Below the pieces are notes generated by a model. It searched no databases. It had not been told where the DNA came from and saw nothing but the letters and a program-made list of their open reading frames with translations. DNA of 64,000 nt from Eledone cirrhosa (taxonomy: Eukaryota): assembly GCA_964016885.1 (NCBI GenBank), contig OZ024742.1, positions 334,056,001 to 334,120,000 of the forward strand, read 5' to 3'. A program made the position numbers and the translations under genes. Shown piece by piece: positions 53,559 through 64,000 of the stretch. The first letter of the stretch is position 1, and each line of letters starts with the position of its first letter.

Positions 53559-54344
53559 ATTTTATCATTTATTTTTTCTGACCTGATTTAGCTTGACTTG
53601 TTTTTTGGCTTAGGTGGTTAATGACTTCTTGACTGCCATTTCAGTTTGTATGGCGTTTATAACATATGTTTATAGCTCTGGTTTTTCAAACTATGGAGCG
53701 CTTGCCAGCATGAATCTGAATTTGCGTTACGTTTCGTTTTTTCTAGCCGCTGAAATGCGATTCTCGCTTAATTTATATTTATATATATATATATGTATGT
53801 ATGTATGTATGTATATTCTTCTGGTTTTATAATTTCACAGTTTTACCAATAGAGAGAGAGTCGGTCTCTAATATAGACACAAGACTCTCTCATTGGAATT
53901 TACACAACATCAACTAGGTAGATATGTATGTATGCATGCATCTGTAGATATGGATGCTATTGTATGTGTGGATGTGTATGTTTTGAGTTGTATGTGTGCA
54001 TGTGTATAGGATTTGTATCTGTACATGTGTATATGCAGTTATTAGATGCAAAATTGTCTGTGTATGTATGTATGTATGTATGTATGTGTATGTGCGGGTG
54101 TAGTAATAATAAATGTGAAGACTAAAATCCGAAGAAAGCTCGATAAGGATTATATTCAGACGAACCCGATAAGGGTGAAAGCAGAGATTCCTTGTTTAAA
54201 CATTAATCTGTTCTTATAATAAATAAATAAATATATATATGTATATATATGTATGTATATATATATTGATTTCATCTGTAACTATCCGTGTGAGCATTTG
54301 CTGGTGCTGGCTTTGCGAATCCATTGAACATTTAAAAAAATTGA

Positions 54345-54544
54345 TATAATGGTTTCTTATATAGGCCAGCAATTTTGGGGGAGGAGAAATTCGATTAAAT
54401 CGACCCGTGACTGGTACTTTATTTCATCGACCCCGTAAGGATGAAAGGCAAAGTTAACCTTGGTAGGATTTGAACTCAGATGATAAAGCGCCGTTACTCT
54501 ATGCTGCAAAGCATGGCGTCCGACCCTCTACCGAAGCTGCCAAT
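54345..54544 (-). mobile_element. tRNA-derived SINE, family 1 (tail variant)
   Basis: CTGGTACTTTATTTCATCGACCCCGTAAGGATGAAAGGCAAAG...GGCGTCCGACCCTCTACCGA. Confidence 0.82.
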
Positions 54545-55390
54545 CGAGTTATTAGTAGATTAATGTTCATGACTATTTGAAATAATGCATAACCAATTTG
54601 AAATTTAAATATATAGCAATGCTAATCTATACGGGAATAATTTAATTTCAAAGACGTTATATTCGATTACAAAATACTTATATGATTCTACAAATAAAAC
54701 TGGTCGTATCTTAGTTTTTCCCACATGGCCTTTGTTATATTGTGTACATTTACCTTTAAACAATTCTCTTACCAGTTTTGTTAAGAAATTACTAATGAGA
54801 GATATTGCCTAAGACTTTTAGATAATTCGAACACAATTACAAATTTGGAGGTATTAATAGATTAAATAACTTCATCATTATTTATCACGTGTTTGGAATA
54901 TATGTTAACATAAAATTAGGCCGGAAGATTTTATAATAAATATAAACATATACAACTTAACATCATAGGATCAAGACTTATTTTTGGCAAAATGTATTTA
55001 ACTCTGAGGCGGATAAAGGGAATATATGAATGTGTATGTGCTTTTATTTGCTGAAACGAAAGAGACTTTTTAATGTTATGGTTGACATAGAATCTGTGGT
55101 AGATGTTATTGGTTGTGTTACAGCTTCTGTGAGGTCTACTTCTGAATTTTTTGTTACAATCGTATTTGCTGATGATTTATTGTTGTTAATGATCATGGAA
55201 AATCTGCTTCTCTTTTACTTGGTTCTATTGTGGCTTTTCTTCTTTCCTTTCTGCGCTTGGTTGGTCCTATTTTTTTTCTTTTAATAAAAATTGATGATGT
55301 TGCTGATGGCAACATATATATATGGTTATAATGTTGGCAGCAGTGCAGACTTTTTCTGTTCCTGTGGAGAGAAAGAAATAAGTCTGTATA

Positions 55391-55425
<35 letters not shown>

Positions 55426-55568
55426 AAAAAGTATGACCCCGACGGCAGAGCTGAAGCCGTTTCGACGGCTATTTCTGGACTAAATTTCCTATTTCCCACT
55501 CTACTACCCTAAGTACTGAGTACTCTGGTGCGTTATGCTCCATCTGGTCCATTACCACAATTCCTTTG

Positions 55569-55613
<45 letters not shown>

Positions 55614-55614
<1 letters not shown>

Positions 55615-55993
55615 GAGGTCAATCCCAAATGTAAGGTCTCCTTCCGATATTGCAACTTTTCCCTTAAAATCCTATGGAAAGCTCAGGAACCAAAATGCAG
55701 AGAGCATCCAGAGTGATCAGCCGATCTTTACGCATGTTTTCCTCGGAAGGAGACCTTACTTTTGGGATTGCCCTCTATATAATAACTGCGCGAAATTCGC
55801 ACTTGGCGGTAGCGTTCAGCGGGAGCACTCTTCTTAACGGCTGCCAAGCCAAGATTGAGCATCCCAGCGAATCGCGCGCATGCTTATTTGGGAGTGAAGG
55901 AAGCACCATGTACAATAGTGTTGCCAACAGCCGTACGAACAGTTTCTCTGCGTCCCCATCGCTTTGGAGACCTCACTCTTGAGATTACCCTCG
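55614..55993. mobile_element. mariner-type MITE with two alternative right TIRs
   Basis: TA|CGAGGTCAATCCCAAATGTAAGGTCTCC; inverted copies at 55749-55776 and 55966-55993, each followed by TA. Confidence 0.78.
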
Positions 55994-56132
55994 TATATAT
56001 ACATACACACGCATTTACTATAGCCAAATAGTGAGCCTTGTTGCTCTGAATGCGAAGTCGCAGGAACTTCAGACATGACTAAATTTTCAATAACAGATAC
56101 AATATAAAAAGGAGAAGACTCGAGGGTGGAGG

Positions 56133-56212
<80 letters not shown>

Positions 56213-56624
56213 GGATGTATGTGTGCATGCATATGTTTATACATATATTATTATCTACAAAAGTATGCAATCATTTTGAAAGAGGAAACAAACAAGAGAG
56301 ATAGAGGGGAAAATATGCTCCACACGTCCAATCCCAGACTTATTGACGAACATGGCATCCAGCAAGCAGGTATAATTTAACAGGTATGATATAAATATTG
56401 ATATCAAATTACATTTCACCTCTATATAAACCTAACTCATCCACCACATAGGTATTTTCAAACACAGTTATTACGTCCCTAGTCAGAAAACTAGATCTCG
56501 TTCACTACGACATCATAATTTGTTTTCGCTTTCCGAAATATTATATATGTTGTCAATGTGTTACTTACTACAATATCTGTATGGTTTTATTCCAACACAC
56601 GAAAACAAACACACAGACTACAAC

Positions 56625-56706
<82 letters not shown>

Positions 56707-56904
56707 CCGTCTCTTCCCCTTCTCTCTCTCCTTATCCTGACAAGAATAATGAAGGATTTATAACTTATCATTGGCCATGTTTAGTCTAAGTGAAATATTG
56801 CTGTTACTTTGGAGATAATTTTCTACAGATTGTATCTCATTCTCCTTCTCTCTCCTTCCCTCAAATGCACACACACTCACACAATCTCACTCATTCTTTA
56901 TCGC

Positions 56905-57011
<107 letters not shown>

Positions 57012-57362
57012 CTCTCTCTCATTCTCTCTACATTTAATATATATATAACAACAACACCCAAACAAACAACACTGACCTAAGAGAAGTATAAATAAATAAA
57101 TAAATAAATAGATAAATAAATAAATAAATAAATACATACACAAGCACAATAACAACAAACACACATAAACAGACACTAGTAAACATGGAATAGATTAACC
57201 AATACACCGTCACCCAATCACGAACACACATCAAACAAAACACTATACACACACGCAAACGCATGCGCAAAAATAAACAAACAAACAAATAAATAAATAA
57301 ATATATAAACAGACTAAATAAAGATGGCGTAGACATACAATGTAACGGGAGGAAACAATAGC

Positions 57363-57404
57363 ACCACTGACGATGTTGCAGAAGTGCAACGAAAGAACTT
57401 TGAT
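57363..57404 (+). ncRNA. HHR-like motif in repeat family C
   Basis: ACCA-CTGACGA-T-GTTGCA-GAAG-TGCAAC-GAAA-GAAC-TT-TGAT; perfect 6 bp stem II. Confidence 0.65.
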
Positions 57405-57607
57405 TAACTATATATATGTGTTTGTGCCTATAATGTATCTGTATTATATTTTTGACCGTTGGTCAGTCAATGCAACATTGAGGATCGAATAAATTAGATT
57501 ACCGATATAAAAGATACAGAAACAAAAAGCGAAAACCAACCAAACAGTGGGTGTGTTCTGTTATTAATTCTGGCAATATTACACAAATATGACCCTCCCC
57601 AAGTATA

Positions 57608-57716
<109 letters not shown>

Positions 57717-58552
57717 GTATGTGGTTGACCGCTGGTAGAAAAGTGTTCTCAATACTGAAGTAGAGTTTGATATTCATTTTATAAAGGCTAAATATTGAGT
57801 TTTATTAACCTGCAGTAAAATGAATATGCAGGAAAAAATGAATATATAGATAAAATGAATATATAGGAAAACACCGATAAATTTTTAAAAGCCGGTACAA
57901 CGCGGTAGAAAATACGAAGGGCAAATGAGGACAAACAAAGTAAAGCAAAGTAATGTTTTACGTAGTATATTATAACATAATATTTCAGGTTTATAACCCT
58001 CTTTTCAGATGGAATGCTGAAACAGTCCAAGACAAAAACAAAATAGTGATTAGTGCTTTCAGAGTTTTCTTCCGTAACAGGTCTATATGTTGAAAAATTG
58101 TATGCGCATGCGCGGCATTGGTATAATAGCCATTGCGCCTCGTACATTTCTCAACTATTATTTGGTTTTATTCGGCTGATTAAAATGACTTCCCTATTTC
58201 TTATATTAGCCATATTCCTTTCAATCGCATCTATAAATACTTAATTTATTGTAAAAGAGCTAATTTAGTATATGTGAAATTTATTACACTAACCTTAAGT
58301 TTTGGGGTCCAGTTATGACAGTCAATTTATAGTGTGACATAAAAAAAACACACACACAAACACACACACACACACACACTCCGACGGCTGAGCTCCGGCC
58401 GTTTCTACAGCTAGTTCAGAATTAGCTGTCAAAACGGGCGGATCTCAGCCGTCGGGGTCCTCACTCTTTTCCAATTACCCACTCTACTGCCCATCGTATC
58501 GAGTACTCTGGTGCGTTATGGTCCACCTGGTTCCTTACCACACTTCCTTCGT

Positions 58553-58625
<73 letters not shown>

Positions 58626-58626
<1 letters not shown>

Positions 58627-59720
58627 CGTAATGAACTGTTGAGAATTTCATTGCGTCATCAGGGAGGTCATTCTCAGCCAAGTCTCCAGGCAATGCGCGG
58701 ACACTGGGGACTCATATAAAAATAATAATAATTCGGTAAATGGAACAGCTATCGAGGACTGGATTCCAGGTACTGAAAATTCTCACTGCCACTGGTCATA
58801 TGACCGATTCTAAAGAATCAATCACGTGACACAGAGGCTAGTCAGTAGGAATGGAATGGTAAGATGACAGACGCCTACTAACACCCCCCAAAAAAATTTA
58901 GAAGAGGTTTTGGCAGGTTTGCTCGACAAATCAGTGATTTGGAGATAAATATAGATAATTTAATATATCTACTAACATAAGCGCACAGATGTACGCTAAT
59001 GCCAGCAAATACACAGGTTATGTCATAGTACCTAAGTGGTTCAATGCAGGAGGATGCAGAACAATAATATAAAAGACGTAAAATAAGTTGGAGGGAAAAT
59101 TTAAGTAAGTAAATTTAAAAAAATTTTTTTTTTTTTAAATTTTCTGATTTTACGTCTCTTATTTTACGTCTTTTATATTATTGTTCTGCATCCTCCTGCA
59201 TTGAACCACCTAGGTACTATGACATAACCTGTGTATTTGCTGGCATTAGCGTACATCTGTGCGCTTATGTTAGTAGATATATTAAATTATCTATATTTAT
59301 CTCCAAATCACTGATTTGTCGAGCAAACCTGCCAAAACCACTTCTAAATTTTTTGGGTGTGTTAGTAGGCGTCTGTCATCTTACCATCCCATTCCTACTG
59401 ACTAGCCTCTGTGTCACGTGATTGATTCTTTAGAATCGGCCATATGACCAGTGGCAGTGAGAATTTTCAGTACCTGGAATCCAGTCCTCGATAGCTGTTC
59501 CATTTACCGAATTATTATTATTTTTATATGAGTCCCCAGTGTCCGCGCATTGCCTGGAGACTTGGCTGAGAATGACCTCCCTGATGACGCAATGACATTC
59601 TCAACAGTTCATTACGTAACTGTCTTTATCCCATTGCAGAAACTAATTAGTTGGAGTGAAAATTTAAGTAAGTAAGTACATTTTTTTTTATTTTTTTATT
59701 TTTTATTTTCTTATTTTACG

Positions 59721-59728
<8 letters not shown>
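58626..59728 (+). mobile_element. Non-coding HHR-delimited element (retrozyme-like) preceded by a ~460 bp inverted copy
   Basis: 58626-59087 is the reverse complement of 59158-59617; 59086-59157 repeats directly at 59649-59723; (TA)n on both sides; no long ORF. Confidence 0.78.
59577..59656 (+). ncRNA. Type I hammerhead ribozyme
   Basis: CTCC-CTGATGA-C-GCAATG...CATTGC-A-GAAA-CTAATTAG-TT-GGAG; inner stem ACAGTT/AACTGT; palindromic stem III; GUU triplet. Confidence 0.78.
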
Positions 59729-59787
<59 letters not shown>

Positions 59788-59905
59788 ATATAAAGAAATA
59801 CACACACACATGTGAACACATACATATACATGAATATATCCACATATATCTCTGAATTTGTGTGGTGTCACAATTATATCTACTGTTTCTTCTTTCTCTA
59901 TAATG

Positions 59906-59974
<69 letters not shown>

Positions 59975-60657
59975 TTAAAATATTAACAAAGCGAGATGTC
60001 AACGAACAAAAACAAGGCCAAACGATAAACAATTCTTTTTAAGGGGGAACCTTAAAAACATTATTCTTTTTAAAATTAAAATACAAACGAAAGACACAGA
60101 GCTCCAGGGTCGTCGGCCATTGTGATGAACTTTGTCAGTTTCTACTCCTACCAACGGTACTCCTGGTTCACTCGGGGCCACACCGTCTGACAAAAGTCAA
60201 CTGTCCAGTGGAGTAAGTGACGAGAGACAAAGCATTAATTGATAGCAACTAAGCTACAACATGTACACATAGAATATGGTGTTGTTTTCTCAAAGAGCTG
60301 GTGGCATATGAATATATACAAGCTTCGATGAATTGACTGGTTATAACTTTGTATTGGTGATCGAATAACGTGAAAACAAGCGGGTAGCGATCTCTAGACC
60401 TACCAGTTCAGAGAAACAATTATCAGCAATGAGATTAAAAACCTTTTTTGTATAGCAAACCGTGTCACTCTTCTTCTTTCCTGATTTATCATTACTCCAA
60501 GTGTTTACAACATAGGAATTACAGCGTACTCGCAACATCACTATGGAAACGCCTTGTTGAGTCAAATTTAACCAAGCGTTGATATCATCCACTACCCGGA
60601 GTACCATAACTCGACTACACTTAAGTGCACCTACCTATAACAATAAATTATTACCCC

Positions 60658-60727
<70 letters not shown>

Positions 60728-60749
60728 GTATATATGTATGTATGTATGT

Positions 60750-61365
60750 CAGGTCACCAGTTGGTGCTACTGGTAACATGTATCCCAGTACAACCTGTCT
60801 CATGGTCGGGTCGTTGGTGACTAAACTGGCAACCCCAGCAAGGTTTCTTGGTGAGGAGGGTGACTTTGGACATCCTGCAGGACTAAAAACAAAACCTGTC
60901 AAAGGGCAAAGGAGCTCTTAAGAGTCAATGGCCAACCAAAATCACCGGGAGAGATGACCCCTTAGCCTTTGTCAAGGCAGAATTCTAGGAGAAGGAAAAC
61001 TCTGATATAACACCTGCAACATGTATCCAATGATGTTAACTTGTTCTTCTTTTTGGTAAATATCATCTTGGTTAAGAGAGTGGGACTGGCTTTGTGCATT
61101 GCCTTTTCTCACTATAAAAGCTTCACGGCACAGGCATTGCTTTATATCTAGATATCTCTCTGCACTTGCCGTCACATGGTACCATGGGCCCAGGTCTATG
61201 TGTCAATAATTGTCACAAGTGTAGAGTTTGTACCAGAGTTTTCAAGTTGCTGGCTGGACTAAAATGTCACACTCGTTCAGCGCATCGGTAAGGGGTTCTC
61301 CTACATGGATATAATGTAGTGGCCGTACTCGAAAACGAGTTGGCAGCCACCATGTATGTATGTAT
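60750..61365 (+). mobile_element. Probable non-autonomous / internally deleted RTE-type element
   Basis: 61205-61291 encodes CRVCTRVFKLLAGLKCHTRSAH* (C2H2 spacing), followed by the hairpin ACTCG-AAAA-CGAGT and a (TATG)n tail; (TATG)n also upstream. Confidence 0.55.
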
Positions 61366-62038
61366 ATATATGTCACAATTTTGGAACACACAGCCAGTTA
61401 ATTGTATCGACACAAGTACTTAATTACTTAATAGATACGTTAAGCCATTAACCCTGTTATGGAGGAAGGAATGTTAGGCCTCAGTGGATCTGTTAATTCA
61501 TGAGAGTTAAGATATGCGTTTATGTGTATCAATAAATATTTACAAACATGGGGGGAATGTTCCCAATAGTACTATTTGATATTTACAACCCAAATTGTAA
61601 GTGAATATTTAACCATCAGTGTCCATTTTTTGTAATTTCTTTTTACATATCATGTCAGTATATCAAAGAAAGAAGCTTCAGTTTCAAATATGACTGATGT
61701 TTCTAGCTATCTTTCTAATTAGAGAGACCATAGGCCATAAAGTTTGAGTTATCAGTAAATTTTAAATAGAATTGAACTAAATATATGAGCGCGTGTGGTT
61801 TAATATATGTATGGAAACATATGATATGAACAGATATCATAGGAGAAGAGGAATGATTGATAAGGGGAGGAATAAAATCAGATAAGGGCTAGAACGTACA
61901 TTTAAATCAGACGACTTTCATCATATGTGAGAGGTCAGACGATAAGTCTTTCATCGCGTGTTATAATGTGGTGTATAAGGTATGGTGATATTAGCTGTCA
62001 AACAGGGATGAAGTGAACTTGATAAAACGATGGAAGAC

Positions 62039-62076
<38 letters not shown>

Positions 62077-62091
62077 TATATACATACATAC

Positions 62092-62201
<110 letters not shown>

Positions 62202-62239
62202 ATATATATATATATATAAATTAACACACACACACACAC

Positions 62240-62408
<169 letters not shown>

Positions 62409-63386
62409 AAGTATGTGTGTGCGCGTGTGTGTGTGTGTCAGTTTAATTTTGTTTTTTACATTAAGAACCTTCCATATTTTCCTATTAGCTTTTATGTTTG
62501 GTTTGGAGCAAAAACTCTCCAAGTCTATTTATGATCTGTGACATTCACAGCCCAATCAAAGAATATAAGAAGTGTTGATTGTGTGCTTTACACTGAGCAA
62601 ACAAATATAACCTTTTGCCATCGCCTAACCAAAGGTAGGTAGAAACAAAGGTAGATAGAAAAACATTAGTTGATAATATTTTCATTGACTATAGAATCTC
62701 ATAAAAACCGTGTAATTATGGCGGCATTACTATTATCAAAGTATACGCCAAAAATGCCAGTTCCAGAACGACGACATCAATTACATAAACTGTAAAACGT
62801 TAAGCTATAATAATTCGAAAGTTCTAGCGTTGACGATTTTACTAGCACTTGTGCAATTTTTGCGAAAGAGGTAAACCACATGTATAAGGTAATTACTGCA
62901 AAGATTCTTATTGTAAAGATTCGGCTAAACATATCTTGAAACGTTCATAGGTTTGTGGATGAATGAACACACTTCTTCTAAATTATGAGGAATTATTAAA
63001 AATACACAATTGAAAAGATCTAAAAAGGAAAAGAATTAGTCTTTGACATAATATGCCAGAAAAAAGTCTAGCCACCCTTCCACGCACATTCACAAACACA
63101 TGCGCAGGTGTTTGTGTTAAAAAGTCTCTCTGTATGCACGCCTATTGAGTAAGGTGGTACTTAGCCATGTCTACCTTCATTTTTGGGAACGGTTAAAGAA
63201 TAACATAACAAAATTTGTAGACCATCCGATATCATAGATGAATTTGAAAACCTTAAATATGTAGTATGAATGCGAAACATTCTACTGTATCATCTATTAT
63301 TTATGTCTGATTACTGGTTGCAATCAGTTATGACTTGTTTTGGAGATTTGCACTCTCTATTCAGAGCTCAGTCAACTGTGTATTTC

Positions 63387-63690
63387 GCCATCATCATCTC
63401 ATCCGGCGGCCTCAAACGAGATGGACTCAACAATTGATCTCCACGTGGGCCTGTCGTCCATTGCCGTTGCCAAGTCCTGGATTTCAATACCAGAATCTCT
63501 GGAGATGACATGAGGGTAGGAGAGCTTGTACCCCTTGTTATTAATGACTGCTTGTGGTTTCCAAAGCACTAATGGGGACACAGTCTCATAGGTGGTACGA
63601 TGGAAGAGGCCAGCAAATCTTACTCTCCTTTCACGTACAACGACAGATATGCGTGGGAGTCCGGCATATATCTCTCTCAGGGGCAGATGT
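63387..63690 (-). mobile_element. 3' end of an RTE-clade LINE
   Basis: IYAGLPRISVVVRERRVRFAG..HR..ETVSPLVLWKP...SY..VISRDSG....L..AMDDRPTWR, then a stop directly followed by a (GAT)n tail. Confidence 0.85.
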
Positions 63691-64000
63691 CGCAAGCCTG
63701 TGTTCTGAATGCGTTGAAGTAGGGGAGTGTAAGTGCCATTAGAGAATGTAATCTCGGTCTAATACTTGCCAATGAAATTGGTTACACGGGTGATACATAG
63801 TAGCCCATCCAATGGACTATAACTAATAGCCAGTCTTGTTACATATTGTGTGCACACGAATTCGCCTGAGAAGTACGTTAATAATATTCTGGTGCAATAC
63901 AATTTCAAAGGAATACAGCTGTTCATTTAATCGAACAAATGGTACATTCACCGTAGGATGTGGTGTAGGTCCATTCTGTTCCATTCATGTAGGTGTGTAT

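Noticed and set aside
60122-60190. C/D box snoRNA (GTGATGA...CTGA)
   Set aside because: No convincing terminal stem or recognisable rRNA guide
60341-60607. 88-aa minus-strand ORF in unique sequence
   Set aside because: No recognisable motif or clear splice signals

Overview
This is AT-rich, microsatellite-dense animal DNA. The SINE families resemble those I recall from octopus/coleoid cephalopods, which is an inference. No host protein-coding gene can be supported, and nearly all short ORFs are (TA)n/(CA)n/(GA)n read-throughs. Recognisable coding remnants are all transposable elements: a 5'-truncated but frame-intact R4/Dong-type RLE retrotransposon inside a (TAA)n tract, a decayed CR1-type LINE, three RTE-type LINE pieces, a Penelope-like element (GIY-YIG), two Helitron derivatives, a maT/DD37D-like transposase relic and Tc1/mariner MITEs. 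At least 11 copies of one tRNA-headed SINE are also present. The most striking hidden signal is non-coding: about 15 type I hammerhead ribozyme (HHR) motifs, intact or variant, from several unrelated small repeat families. They sit in (TA)n tracts as inverted and partial-tandem structures typical of Penelope-type retrotransposition. Two ORF-less units (about 482 and 563 nt) have junctions at the ribozyme, like retrozymes, and one family carries a compensatory U3-A8 catalytic core with covarying stems. All folds were paired by eye and coordinates of decayed repeats are approximate.
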